Of a stretch of DNA of 64,000 nt, positions 51,925-61,521 are shown in pieces. Position numbers and translations under genes: made by a program. The stretch's first letter is position 1; each line of letters starts with the position of its first letter. Source of the stretch: a virus; the IMG/VR virus record IMGVR_UViG_3300035204_001874, positions 66,120-130,119 of that record. One strand, given 5' to 3'. The notes under the pieces were generated by a model that ran no database searches, was not told where the DNA came from, and saw only the letters and a program-made list of their open reading frames with translations.

Positions 51925-52311
51925 TTAGTCCTTGTTACTTGTTTTTTTGGTGATCGTCAATCCGCCGTAATCTCTTCTAAGTATTTTCTTAGAACTTAGC
52001 AAATTCTCTAATTTTTCTTCATTTACCTTTAGGTTAAAAATGTCCATAAAACAAACGATTTCCCTAATGCATTCATTTCCGTGGTCTAAAATTTTCTTTC
52101 TAAAGTATTCGGATTTGTCTGGGGTAAAATAATTAATATTTTGAGCAAATTCTTTTGAGGTTTTTTCTTCGACCTTATCAAGCATCACGTCATGCTCGCT
52201 TTTGATTTCGTCGTTGATTTCAAGAAAAGATTTGAAGACGCGAGTTACGTGTTTTCGAACGAAGTAATCCACTACTTCAGACGCTTGATCGCTATCCTTA
52301 TTCCGGTCCAT
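51925..52311 (-). CDS. Hypothetical protein (tail assembly region)
   Basis: 128-aa ORF with an AAGGA RBS and an upstream GTGTAAT motif. Confidence 0.65.
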   Translation of the reverse strand: MDRNKDSDQASEVVDYFVRKHVTRVFKSFLEINDEIKSEHDVMLDKVEEKTSKEFAQNINYFTPDKSEYFRKKILDHGNECIREIVCFMDIFNLKVNEEKLENLLSSKKILRRDYGGLTITKKTSNKD

Positions 52312-52360
52312 AACTAATCCTTTTACCTAATGGTAATTACACCGTTTTATAGAGAAATAG

Positions 52361-52390
52361 AAAAAAAATCCCACAAAAAATGTGGGATTT
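52361..52390 (-). terminator. Rho-independent terminator after the tail tube gene
   Basis: Hairpin AAATCCCACA-N5-TGTGGGATTT running into a T-run on the minus strand. Confidence 0.7.
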
Positions 52391-52450
52391 TGAGAGTTTA
52401 TCCTTAAACCTTTGCTAACAACCTTTAACCAATGGATAAAATTTTTAATC

Positions 52451-52473
52451 TGCCCCCCCTCAAGGAGGGGGCA
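52451..52473 (-). terminator. GC-rich hairpin just downstream of the tail tube stop (terminator or mRNA stabiliser)
   Basis: CCCCCTC-AAG-GAGGGGG stem with no immediate U-tract. Confidence 0.45.
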
Positions 52474-52489
52474 GGGTTTATTGTTTAGA

Positions 52490-53473
52490 TTATGCGATGT
52501 CAGGAACCTGGGTCTCGAACTTAGCGTCCGTTCCTTCTACAGCGATATTGTATGTCGCGCCGATATCACCAACTGCTTGGTTTACGCTTCTCGAAGAGAG
52601 AGCGGAACCAATTAGGGTTACGTCGAGCACACCAACATCGAATCCGTTTAAAACGTTCGCGGTAGCGTCAACCTTGGCATCCTTAGAAAGCTCAGTAAGA
52701 GCTTGACCTTCGACAGTCAGCGAAGACTTGAACGGAGGCTTGGAGAACGTTACATTGTCACTATTAACTTCAGAGGTCTTACCTTCGATTTTACCACCCA
52801 ATCTGCTCAACGTCTCAGTTGGCATGTCGAGTGAGAACTTCAGGGAGGATACCGTATCCTTTTCGTGAGCGTCACTAGTCATCGTGATGTCTTCCGAAGT
52901 CAACGGAACCGCTGTGTCGATGTAGTCCGCCTTAGCGTTGTCATCACTAGCGGTAATGCCAGTATTGTCAACTGACATGTTGTTGATCTGACCTACGCCG
53001 TCAAAAGACAAGTCAAGCATCGGGAAGTTACCCTTGCTTACGTCAATTCCGATATTCGAGCAAGCTCCTTCGAACTCAAAACCACCCGATTCGGTGCTAT
53101 TGTAGTGAAGGTTTACATTTACTGGTTTACCAGCGATAGCGTCGAGACGAATGTCTCGCAACATTTCTTCCATCACGGCGTCATTTACGCCGAGAAAGCC
53201 CGCCGATGGATTACCAATGGTAAAGCCACCTCCAGGTTTACTTGAATCTAGAATGTAAGCTTTAACCGAACATTTGCAAGATGCTACGTCTTTTTGCAGT
53301 CTGCCCGCACCACCCAGTTTACCAAGGACCAGAACGTCCTCTTGAGGGATGGTCTCGTCAGCGGTTGCGCTTTGACTAGGTAGAATGTAAGATACTTGGG
53401 CGGGGTTTCCGCCTTTCGCTTTAATTATCACAGTTTGCTGTGCGTATAGTACTCTGTTAATTGATACAGCCAT
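52490..53473 (-). CDS. Putative major tail tube protein
   Basis: 327-aa acidic beta-rich protein with a strong RBS and downstream hairpins, located between the head-tail genes and the chaperones/TMP. Confidence 0.7.
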   Translation of the reverse strand: MAVSINRVLYAQQTVIIKAKGGNPAQVSYILPSQSATADETIPQEDVLVLGKLGGAGRLQKDVASCKCSVKAYILDSSKPGGGFTIGNPSAGFLGVNDAVMEEMLRDIRLDAIAGKPVNVNLHYNSTESGGFEFEGACSNIGIDVSKGNFPMLDLSFDGVGQINNMSVDNTGITASDDNAKADYIDTAVPLTSEDITMTSDAHEKDTVSSLKFSLDMPTETLSRLGGKIEGKTSEVNSDNVTFSKPPFKSSLTVEGQALTELSKDAKVDATANVLNGFDVGVLDVTLIGSALSSRSVNQAVGDIGATYNIAVEGTDAKFETQVPDIA

Positions 53474-53584
53474 AATTTTTTCCTTATGTTAATTGTTTCT
53501 AATTGGTTGTTGTTGTTATTTAAGTTTTATTCGAAAACTTCTGCTAATATATACAGTTGTTTTGGGAAATTGTGAAAAGATTTT

Positions 53585-54445
53585 TTAAGAATGAGACCTA
53601 AGGGTAGAAAGGTCGAAATCGACAAAGGCAGAGAAGACATTTGGGTTCAAATTCTCAAATTCCCTCCATAACGAAGTCATTTTAGAAACCCTAACATCCG
53701 TTACCAGTGGCCCATTTCCTGTGGCAAGTGCTGTATAATTGTAATTTCCTATATCCAGAGTAGATATCCCAGTATATGACCCCATAGCGTCAAAAGGCAA
53801 ATCCTCAATGATTGAAACCGTTTTCATTCTTAAATCTTTAAGTATTCCGCATGTAGCGTCCAATTTGAAAGACGAGTCTGCCAAGACGACCAATCTAGCC
53901 CTTGTTATCGTATTATCTAAACCACCGAAAGCAAAAGGCTCGTTAACTCCGCCCATATTCTTAAGGAAAATGGCCGGATACGTTTGAGTATCGGGAGCTA
54001 AACCGGACAATTGCTGCGGGAATTTTGGGTTAACTTGAGGTTTTGTTTCAAAAAGCAACTTTTGCTCTGGGTCATTAGTAAGATAAACGTTAAAATCTTT
54101 CACGGCATAGTTTCCGCTAACTAGGCTAGACCCTTGATTCGTAGTAAAATAAACTTGCCCATTATAGTGGTTGATCCCATGTAGGTCGTTATCAGAGCGG
54201 CCTGGTTCTAGTTGATTTGAGGGGGGATCAACATAAACATATTTCATTACCCTTGCATTGGTGATGCTGTCGTCAGACACGAACTGTTTAAAGGGGGCGG
54301 CGTAGGTATAATAACCATTGTAAAGGTTATCTACTGGGTAAAATACACCACTATGATTAGTGTAAGCTTCGCCCTTTAAGAGCATATAGTGGTCTACAAG
54401 CAACATGAGGCTGCTCATCACATTGTTTTCGTAATGAGCTTTCAT
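53585..54445 (-). CDS. Putative tail completion/terminator protein
   Basis: Directly precedes the tube gene. The YPAIFLK segment resembles tail terminator proteins. Confidence 0.5.
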   Translation of the reverse strand: MKAHYENNVMSSLMLLVDHYMLLKGEAYTNHSGVFYPVDNLYNGYYTYAAPFKQFVSDDSITNARVMKYVYVDPPSNQLEPGRSDNDLHGINHYNGQVYFTTNQGSSLVSGNYAVKDFNVYLTNDPEQKLLFETKPQVNPKFPQQLSGLAPDTQTYPAIFLKNMGGVNEPFAFGGLDNTITRARLVVLADSSFKLDATCGILKDLRMKTVSIIEDLPFDAMGSYTGISTLDIGNYNYTALATGNGPLVTDVRVSKMTSLWREFENLNPNVFSAFVDFDLSTLRSHS

Positions 54446-55042
54446 CTATCGCCTAGCCCTTTCTGCTTTTTTTATTATTGTTGGCAAGTAGCGTGTTGGG
54501 GTAAATGACGGAGCAAGCCCTACCTTGTTTTTGGATTGTCTGCCTTTTCCTGATCGAGTGTTTGCAAAATTGCCATGCATGTAATAACTGAATCCAGAAA
54601 TCCCCATTTCTATTCCTCTTACCCAGCTATTTCCTGATTCCCAAGGCATTGGACTTAAAGCTTCTATTTCTTTTATGTCGTACCATTTTACAACAAACGA
54701 AACGAACATTTGCGTTCCTCTACTCGATTTTTTAGTCATCCTTCCGTAAAATTTGAAGTTTTTCAGGTAATCGTGAATAGTATCAAGCGGATTTTCGCCA
54801 GAATAAAACCCAATATAAGAATACAAGTTACCATATCCTCCCAAGGTCATCGAAACGTTCGATGAGTTAGCTCCCCCTAGTATTTCCCTAGTTACTGGGC
54901 TTTGTTGAAATTCACTAATGACTCCATTTTTCTTTTTTTCGAATTGAGCTCTAACATACTCTTCCGCCTTCTTTCGAAAGGCTTGAGTTTCCATAACTTT
55001 TTTTCCTATGGAATTCATGTTAATTATCGCTCGATTTGCCAT
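54446..55042 (-). CDS. Putative neck/tail-completion protein (basic)
   Basis: 198-aa basic protein in the head-tail joining position. Confidence 0.45.
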   Translation of the reverse strand: MANRAIINMNSIGKKVMETQAFRKKAEEYVRAQFEKKKNGVISEFQQSPVTREILGGANSSNVSMTLGGYGNLYSYIGFYSGENPLDTIHDYLKNFKFYGRMTKKSSRGTQMFVSFVVKWYDIKEIEALSPMPWESGNSWVRGIEMGISGFSYYMHGNFANTRSGKGRQSKNKVGLAPSFTPTRYLPTIIKKAERARR

Positions 55043-55482
55043 TAGTCTGTAGCCTTTACTAGGAATATATAATATTCGCTATCTAAGAATCTCTGTACTT
55101 TATCCGCACTTGCTAATTCAAAAGTCTTATCATCAAAGGTTATCTTTTCTGTTTTGCCGTTCTTAATAAAATCTCTAGCTTCCTCTTTAACTTTTATCGT
55201 TGCGTGCCCGAAGGGAAGATTGGAGGTGAATTGGTCAACGTCTTTGTATTCTGCATCATTTGAATACCTTATGACAGCAGGGTGTATCCCGGTAACGGGA
55301 ACGTATTCGTAATTTGCTGCCTGAGAGTACTCCCCATAACCAAATACTCCATCGAGGTTTATTTCTTGAATAATCTTCTTGGGTTCTTTATATACAATTA
55401 TCTCTCTCTTAAAAGTGTCAAAAATATCATTGAACATACCCGTTAGAGCGTTCTTCTCTGTCTGTGATATTAGACTCGCCAT
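55042..55482 (-). CDS. Putative head-closure protein
   Basis: 146-aa beta-rich protein (KITFDDKTFEL). Assigned by synteny. Confidence 0.45.
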   Translation of the reverse strand: MASLISQTEKNALTGMFNDIFDTFKREIIVYKEPKKIIQEINLDGVFGYGEYSQAANYEYVPVTGIHPAVIRYSNDAEYKDVDQFTSNLPFGHATIKVKEEARDFIKNGKTEKITFDDKTFELASADKVQRFLDSEYYIFLVKATD

Positions 55483-55484
55483 AC

Positions 55485-55982
55485 TTAAATATCAGTTACT
55501 CTTGTGGTGTCAGGAGAAGAATATTCCCCAGCAATAGTATCGTCTCCCGCGACTTGACGAGGTTGCGCCCCCTTTAGCCTATAAGCGGTGACTAAATTTT
55601 TCATTACATCTATTTCTTGTTTTCTCAGGGTTCCTAGATTCTTGTTAACTTCGTTTTTGTTTACTTTTTTCACTTTAGACCCTTGGTCTTCGACCTCTAA
55701 AATTGTATCCGTTGACAGAATTACTATATTTTTTTTGATTTGTAGATCGTAATAATGAATGGAATACATTTTCTTCAGTATCGCTACGGCTTCAGCGGTA
55801 ATCTCCGCGTCACAATCGTCAACCAACTCAAAGGAGGTACTGTTGATTGCGTAAGTGGTAAAAAGTAGGTTGTTCAACTCTCCGATATTGGTTCTTACCC
55901 AAAAAGCAATAGCCGACACGCTTAAATCGGTTGGTAACCCCAACTCCCTGTAAATTTCATCTGCTACATCAACGACTTTCAT
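55485..55982 (-). CDS. Putative head-tail adaptor
   Basis: 165-aa helical protein downstream of the capsid genes. Assigned by synteny. Confidence 0.45.
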   Translation of the reverse strand: MKVVDVADEIYRELGLPTDLSVSAIAFWVRTNIGELNNLLFTTYAINSTSFELVDDCDAEITAEAVAILKKMYSIHYYDLQIKKNIVILSTDTILEVEDQGSKVKKVNKNEVNKNLGTLRKQEIDVMKNLVTAYRLKGAQPRQVAGDDTIAGEYSSPDTTRVTDI

Positions 55983-56002
55983 ATTTTTTTATTACACTTG
56001 TT

Positions 56003-56359
56003 TTAGTTTGTTACTTCTGGAGAAACATTAAAATACCCCTTTACTACTTTAGAAACCGAATTTACATCAGAAAGCAGATATTTTTCTATATCGTATACCA
56101 TTTGTCCAACAGCTAAACCTGTTGTTAGGTTCGCTGCAATGTTTACGTTCACATTTCCATCGGTAGATGGATTTGCGATAGTGGGACTTAAAGAAAGAAT
56201 GCTCGAAGTGTCGCTGTAACGATGTTTTACGACGCCCCGTACCCCATATCCCGTTAAATCTATAGCTGAACCATTGCTGTCAGTCAAAGAGAACGTTTTG
56301 CTGAAGCTGGAGCCTTGATATACGGTGAAATTATATTCCTGAATATTGCTACTAGCCAT
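56003..56359 (-). CDS. Small Ig-like virion protein (BppU-N-like pattern)
   Basis: YQGSSF...IDLTGY...VYDIE...VKGYFNVSPEVT, a pattern widespread in phage structural proteins. Confidence 0.6.
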   Translation of the reverse strand: MASSNIQEYNFTVYQGSSFSKTFSLTDSNGSAIDLTGYGVRGVVKHRYSDTSSILSLSPTIANPSTDGNVNVNIAANLTTGLAVGQMVYDIEKYLLSDVNSVSKVVKGYFNVSPEVTN

Positions 56360-56392
56360 GCATATTATTACACTAACTAGCAGGTTTTTAAA

Positions 56393-56761
56393 CTATTTTC
56401 CCTCGCCTAAAATATCTTTAACTTCTTTGTCCACCTTTATATTTTTGGGAGCATGAGAGGGTCTTCTATAAATGCTGACATGTTTTTTGAACTCTTTAAT
56501 CAATCTTGTCTTCATTAGCTCCACATTATCAGTTGGAATAAGGCCAACCTTCGTTGCGTGAGCTTGCATATCGACTTTAGCCATTCCGTTTAACTGCTCG
56601 ATATAAGAGCTCTCTGAAAGAGTGCTGTATTTACCAAGGCCGTCATCTCCCCAAATTTGCTCTAACGTACTAGGTTCAAACGTATCTACCTTACCATGAG
56701 TTTGATCCATGTTTGAGAGCTTTTTTTTGGTTTTCGCTGTAGTTTTCTTTTTAGCTGCCAT
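56393..56761 (-). CDS. Hypothetical basic protein downstream of the major capsid gene
   Basis: 122 aa with an MAAKKK N-terminus and an upstream GTGTAAC motif. Confidence 0.65.
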   Translation of the reverse strand: MAAKKKTTAKTKKKLSNMDQTHGKVDTFEPSTLEQIWGDDGLGKYSTLSESSYIEQLNGMAKVDMQAHATKVGLIPTDNVELMKTRLIKEFKKHVSIYRRPSHAPKNIKVDKEVKDILGEGK

Positions 56762-56835
56762 AATTTTTTCCCAATCTATTATAAGTTTAATCTAGCCTTC
56801 GTTACACTAAAAGTCAAAAAAAAAGAAATAAAAAA

Positions 56836-56865
56836 CAAAAAAAATCCCCACCAAACGGTGGGGAT
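56836..56865 (-). terminator. Rho-independent terminator after the major capsid gene
   Basis: ATCCCCACC-GTTT-GGTGGGGAT followed by a T-run on the minus strand. Confidence 0.85.
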
Positions 56866-56882
56866 CGTGAATTTTAGTCGAT

Positions 56883-58031
56883 TTAAACAACGATACCAGC
56901 GGCAGCGCGAGAATCGATACAAATACGTCCCTCTTCGAGGAATCCGTAAAAGCCGACCTTCTCTACGCGAGAACCGTAAGCATTGAACTGCTCATCAGGT
57001 AGAGCGGAGAAGGTGCCTCCACTTTCGTGCTCTCTAGCTACCGGACGAATGAATGCTCCGCGACTATTGTCGAGACCAACAAGGATTTCGTTATTGATGT
57101 CTGCGTGAGTAGACCAAACGGTTCCAGCGGTTGCTCCGTTAAGTGCGTTTCCGTGGCCCGGAGTATTTGCGTCAGCATAACTGTTAAACAGCGTGTTATA
57201 CTTCTGCCCGTGACCGAGCTCGATCATTTCGTTGATGTTTACACCGAAAATGTTCTGCATACCAGCAGCGCGATAAACCTCTTCGCGAACATTGTCGGGA
57301 AGAGCCTGAGTCGTGGTACTGTCAGTGTACATTGGGTTCCATGCGAACGAGCGAATCAAACCTTTGACTTCGGGGCTAACATACAGGTCAGTTAGACCAG
57401 TGCTGTAAACCGAAACGGGAGTATGACCTGAATAGGATTCGTTAATCCTTTTTAGGCGGGTCATGAGCGTGCTCATGTCTTCCAGTTCGAATTTGCCTTT
57501 TGTAGCCGAGCCAACGATATGCTCCAAAGTTCCGCCGTGTCTAGTTGCGGTGGAACCCTCGGCCAATGCGCGAAGAATGACAGCCCAAGCGTTGCGCTCT
57601 TGCTTAATCAATACTTCATTGGCCATTCTTTCGATAGCCTTGCTAACGACGTCAAGTCTGCTCCTGCGAGCATATCTCTTCAGCCAACTAACGGCAGCAT
57701 CCAAACGGTACGTGGCGATTTTCATCTCAGCTACGCCCTCAACTTGTGAGGTCGGCAAGCCACCAGCTAAGTGCTGTGACCATACAGTAATGTAGCCTTC
57801 GTTTTCGTTATAATACAGGTCGAGCGGATAGCTGGGGCTATCGTCCTCGTCAAATTCCGCATCAGTATAAATAGCTGAAGCGGTTCCGGCAGTCATAAGA
57901 ACTTGCTGGATTACAGGGCCAAGAAAAGCGGCAAAAGCTTCAGAGGCTTCTCTGGCTGCCGTAGCATTCTTAGAACCCATAGCTTTGATCAACTCGATCT
58001 GCTCTGGTGTGTTCTTTAATGTTAATTTCAT
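56883..58031 (-). CDS. Major capsid protein (probably HK97 fold)
   Basis: 382 aa, in protease-decoration-capsid order, with a strong RBS and terminator. Contains a long backbone-like helix (LDVVSKAIERMANEVLIKQE), LYVSPE and IFGVNI. Confidence 0.8.
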   Translation of the reverse strand: MKLTLKNTPEQIELIKAMGSKNATAAREASEAFAAFLGPVIQQVLMTAGTASAIYTDAEFDEDDSPSYPLDLYYNENEGYITVWSQHLAGGLPTSQVEGVAEMKIATYRLDAAVSWLKRYARRSRLDVVSKAIERMANEVLIKQERNAWAVILRALAEGSTATRHGGTLEHIVGSATKGKFELEDMSTLMTRLKRINESYSGHTPVSVYSTGLTDLYVSPEVKGLIRSFAWNPMYTDSTTTQALPDNVREEVYRAAGMQNIFGVNINEMIELGHGQKYNTLFNSYADANTPGHGNALNGATAGTVWSTHADINNEILVGLDNSRGAFIRPVAREHESGGTFSALPDEQFNAYGSRVEKVGFYGFLEEGRICIDSRAAAGIVV

Positions 58032-58056
58032 AGTAATTATTTCCTTATTTTAGTGA

Positions 58057-58674
58057 TTAGATGTCGAGCATGACCAAGACGGTGCTAGTTGTAGCGTCCC
58101 AATCTCCCAAAGCTTTGCCGATAACATAGTCGTTAGCGTCACCCGCAACGCTTATAAGACCGCCAGCCGTAGCAGTAAGTCTCTCGCCAGCGGTTGCGTC
58201 GTCTAAGTCGGACGCTTCAGAGCCTGTGGCACCCAAAAGGAATATTCCTCTTGTTACAATTGGAACAGCCTGACCAGGAACAACGACCTGCATTTCGTCC
58301 GCCTTACGGGGATTATACCTGAGGTCTTCGCCGTTCTCATCAAGAGTTCTTACGTCATGCAACAGCATACCCAAGGGTTGAGGGACCGTAAGGCCGTCAT
58401 CCGTTGTACCCGCAAATGCAACTACCTCTGCAAGCAGATTGTAGCGCAAAGACAAAGTATTGCCGTAGCCGTTGTTGTTTACAGCCGCGTTAGGCTGAGT
58501 TGCAGTGAGGTCATGAATATCTTCGCCAGCCTTCCAGCCACCGCTGGTAAGACCTACGATAGTTCCCGCTGACGCTTGAACACCACTGGTAACAGTAGCG
58601 TCAACGTCGTAAGTGAACATATTGATTACATCATGCTCATCGTATTGTCTAAATGGTTTTAGTGTAATAGCCAT
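58057..58674 (-). CDS. Putative capsid decoration/cement protein
   Basis: 205-aa A/G/T-rich protein between the protease and capsid genes, with PLGMLL...VPIVTRG...VIGKAL motifs. Confidence 0.65.
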   Translation of the reverse strand: MAITLKPFRQYDEHDVINMFTYDVDATVTSGVQASAGTIVGLTSGGWKAGEDIHDLTATQPNAAVNNNGYGNTLSLRYNLLAEVVAFAGTTDDGLTVPQPLGMLLHDVRTLDENGEDLRYNPRKADEMQVVVPGQAVPIVTRGIFLLGATGSEASDLDDATAGERLTATAGGLISVAGDANDYVIGKALGDWDATTSTVLVMLDI

Positions 58675-58700
58675 AATATTTTCCTATATATAGTTGTTAA

Positions 58701-60338
58701 TTAGTATTTGATATCAAATTGATCCAAATTAAATGCTGTCTGATACTTTTCAGCCAACGTGGGTTCAGATGCATCAGTGGTATTTGGAATCTCTTCCTTC
58801 TCCACTTCCGCATTCTCGATTGCTTCTTCCACTACCACTTCAGCTTCTGTAGAAGCTTTAGTTTCCTCTGCCCTTTCTTCAGTTTCCTGAGTAGGCTTAG
58901 TGGATTCTTCTTTGGTTTCTTTGGCAGACTCCTCAGAAGCAGAAATTTTGCTTTGCTCTTCAATGAAACTTTTTGAATGCCTCTTTAGAAGAATCTCAGA
59001 GGTTTTTTGCCATTTCACGTAAGTTTCGTCTTCGTCCTCAACGGGCATAGCTTTTAGCTGTTCGGCAACAACCTTACGGGTGTCGTCATCCAACTCGTAT
59101 TCCTCATCAAGAGACGCCATACGCTCGTTAAATCTGGCTTCAGCCAATTGAGCGGCTTGTGCGGCCTTCATCTCCTCCACTTCGCTTTTGATGCCCTCAA
59201 GCTCTTTCTTAAGGTTCTCATTCTCAGTGGAGAGTGTGTCTGCGGTTGTTTTTGACTCTTTGATAGTGGCCTCAAGCTTGCCTTGCTCTTTCTCATATTC
59301 TTCGCATTGCTTCTTGAGTTCGCTTTCAATAAAGTCAGAGACTACTGAAGCTTCCATGGTCTTCAGTGACTCGTCCGTTATGTCTTTCAAGCTTGTAATT
59401 TTCATGATAGTTTTGTTAACAATATTGTTTTGGTTTTCCTGATTTATTACATTTAATTCATTATTATGTGAACTTTTATTTTTTTCAATTAAATAATTAG
59501 TTTTTTCTTTATTTTTAATTTTAACGCACTTCCCATCCTTCTCTTCATAGCCGGAGTTACAATCAGGTGGGTAGCCAGCTTTTTCATCAGCTAGGACTTT
59601 ATCTTCTTTTTTTGTAGCTACACCTTTGACATCCGCAGCCGGATTTTCAGTGAGCCCGATTCCCAAGGGAACCACTTCTCCAGTGACAAGCCGATAAACG
59701 CTATCGTAGTCTATCTTGCCCGTTCCACCGAAAGACTTTAAATTTTCCTTGAGTTCTTCTATTTTTGCTTCGTCAGCGATAACTTCTCCATCTTCCATAT
59801 TTTTTCCTTCTCCGCTAACTTTGACGATTTTATAGTCAGAAAAGCCTAATTCCCAACTCGCGGAGACACTCAGGTAGCTTTCTGAGCTAGGATCACTAGA
59901 ATCTTCGATATGTTCAGCGAGGTCTTGGTTAACAATTTTCCAGAAAACGCCCCCTAACGTGATGTTAAATGGAGAATTTAGGTCTTTTACCTCTTCTTCT
60001 TTAAGGGGTTTGTCTGTACCAAACTCACTAAACCCAGCAGTTAAGATAACTCCAACGACGCTATCTCTTTTGTGTTCAATATTTATGGGTTTATTGATGA
60101 AATTCTTATAAACAGCAATTGCCGTCTCTGTATTTAAAATATCTCCATTTTTATTAGCTCGATTCACCACGCAAGCATTAAAGGCTATCGGAAGAAGATC
60201 GATATCGCTATCGTCCACATCTGGTATGAAACTCCCAACTCTCTCTAAGGAAGCTAAAGCTAAATATCTGTCCCGCTCTTCTGAAACCAAAGGTTTGAGC
60301 GAGGAACTGAAAGTCGTCGTAAAATTAAAGTTTTCCAT
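58701..60338 (-). CDS. Prohead protease fused to an acidic coiled-coil scaffold
   Basis: NKNGD, PINIEH, SASWE and GIGLTENPA motifs are typical of phage maturation proteases. The C-terminal half is an E/K-rich coiled coil. Confidence 0.75.
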   Translation of the reverse strand: MENFNFTTTFSSSLKPLVSEERDRYLALASLERVGSFIPDVDDSDIDLLPIAFNACVVNRANKNGDILNTETAIAVYKNFINKPINIEHKRDSVVGVILTAGFSEFGTDKPLKEEEVKDLNSPFNITLGGVFWKIVNQDLAEHIEDSSDPSSESYLSVSASWELGFSDYKIVKVSGEGKNMEDGEVIADEAKIEELKENLKSFGGTGKIDYDSVYRLVTGEVVPLGIGLTENPAADVKGVATKKEDKVLADEKAGYPPDCNSGYEEKDGKCVKIKNKEKTNYLIEKNKSSHNNELNVINQENQNNIVNKTIMKITSLKDITDESLKTMEASVVSDFIESELKKQCEEYEKEQGKLEATIKESKTTADTLSTENENLKKELEGIKSEVEEMKAAQAAQLAEARFNERMASLDEEYELDDDTRKVVAEQLKAMPVEDEDETYVKWQKTSEILLKRHSKSFIEEQSKISASEESAKETKEESTKPTQETEERAEETKASTEAEVVVEEAIENAEVEKEEIPNTTDASEPTLAEKYQTAFNLDQFDIKY

Positions 60339-60342
60339 TTTT

Positions 60343-60840
60343 TTATGAGTAATTGAAGTCTAAACCTTCTGAAGAGTCTCGCTCTGCGAAATAAATCTCT
60401 TCTGCGGCTTTAAATTCGTAATCAAGATTACGGTTTACTATATCCTCTTGAGCTTTAGAAAAGTCGTTTTCACTCGGAACCCAATCTTCGGTAATGTCCA
60501 AAAAAGTATTTATTCTTTTTGAAACCGACCTTTCAAAAACCAAAGAGGACATCCTTTTCTTAACGTTAGACTTATGTTCAAAGCTTTTGACGTCGATATC
60601 TCCACACTTCATACGAAGGTACATGTTAACGCGAGCTAAACACCATTTGTTGATGCCAATCTCTCCCAGAGCTTCCTGAGGGAAAGTTTGTATAGCGTGT
60701 TTGTAAACCTTTATAACCTGAGAAGTGCTAACCTTGTTTCGAGGGCAGCTTTTATTATGCTCTTCTACCTTGCCGCTCAACGTCTCAGCCAATCTGGCGG
60801 AAAATTGAATGATATTATCCTCTTTTTTGTTCTCGCTCAT
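60343..60840 (-). CDS. Hypothetical protein upstream of the prohead protease
   Basis: 165 aa, contains WCLARVNMYL. Confidence 0.65.
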   Translation of the reverse strand: MSENKKEDNIIQFSARLAETLSGKVEEHNKSCPRNKVSTSQVIKVYKHAIQTFPQEALGEIGINKWCLARVNMYLRMKCGDIDVKSFEHKSNVKKRMSSLVFERSVSKRINTFLDITEDWVPSENDFSKAQEDIVNRNLDYEFKAAEEIYFAERDSSEGLDFNYS

Positions 60841-60909
60841 TTTTTCCTTCTATTTTTGCTTTAATAATAAGTTTTTCTAAATTTTTTATTGTTTTTTTGC
60901 CTTTTTTTC

Positions 60910-60938
60910 TTGACCACCTTTTAGAATCACGTTACACT
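60910..60938 (+). promoter_or_regulatory. Sigma70-like promoter for 60958..61521
   Basis: TTGACC (60910-60915), 17-nt spacer, TACACT (60933-60938), then an AAGGA RBS before the ATG at 60958. Confidence 0.55.
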
Positions 60939-60957
60939 CTTTTCAGAAAGGATAACC

Positions 60958-61521
60958 ATGAATAAATCAACCTTATGCCTGATTTTTATTACACATATTT
61001 TCAATAATGTTTATGCAGAATCTTTCTCTTTTAGAGATAAGACTACGGTAGACGGAAAAATTTATTGGGATAGAGGGATGTACCCAAATATTAAGGGGGT
61101 AATATTGGAGGTTGATAAGAAGCTTTATTTTCATCATTATCCATATGTTAAAGGCTTATCTTGCGCTCCCCCGACAAGTCTCCCTTATTATGCTGGCTCA
61201 AATCCTCTTCTCCCACTAGGCCCAATAACAGGTTATAGTATTGCCCCGAGATGTGCTCCTTCTAGGATTTCGTTTTACAATTTCGAAACTCGAACCCTAA
61301 ACAAAATTAAGAAAAAGATAACTTATTCCAATGTACCCACTTTAGATAAGCTAGAGGCGATTAGGGCTATTGATCACGCGATTAATTATACTAGACCTGA
61401 TTACATGGAGCCTTCTTTTGAAAAAACCCGTCGATGGGAAAGGCATGTAAAAATTTACGGCAACTGGTTTTTTAAAAAGGAAATGGCTATTTGGGGGAAA
61501 GACCTAGTTCGTCCTCGTTAG
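60958..61521 (+). CDS. Hypothetical protein with possible signal peptide, opposite strand to the cluster
   Basis: 187 aa. The N-terminus MNKSTLCLIFITHIFNNVYA resembles a signal peptide. Confidence 0.6.
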   Translation: MNKSTLCLIFITHIFNNVYAESFSFRDKTTVDGKIYWDRGMYPNIKGVILEVDKKLYFHHYPYVKGLSCAPPTSLPYYAGSNPLLPLGPITGYSIAPRCAPSRISFYNFETRTLNKIKKKITYSNVPTLDKLEAIRAIDHAINYTRPDYMEPSFEKTRRWERHVKIYGNWFFKKEMAIWGKDLVRPR

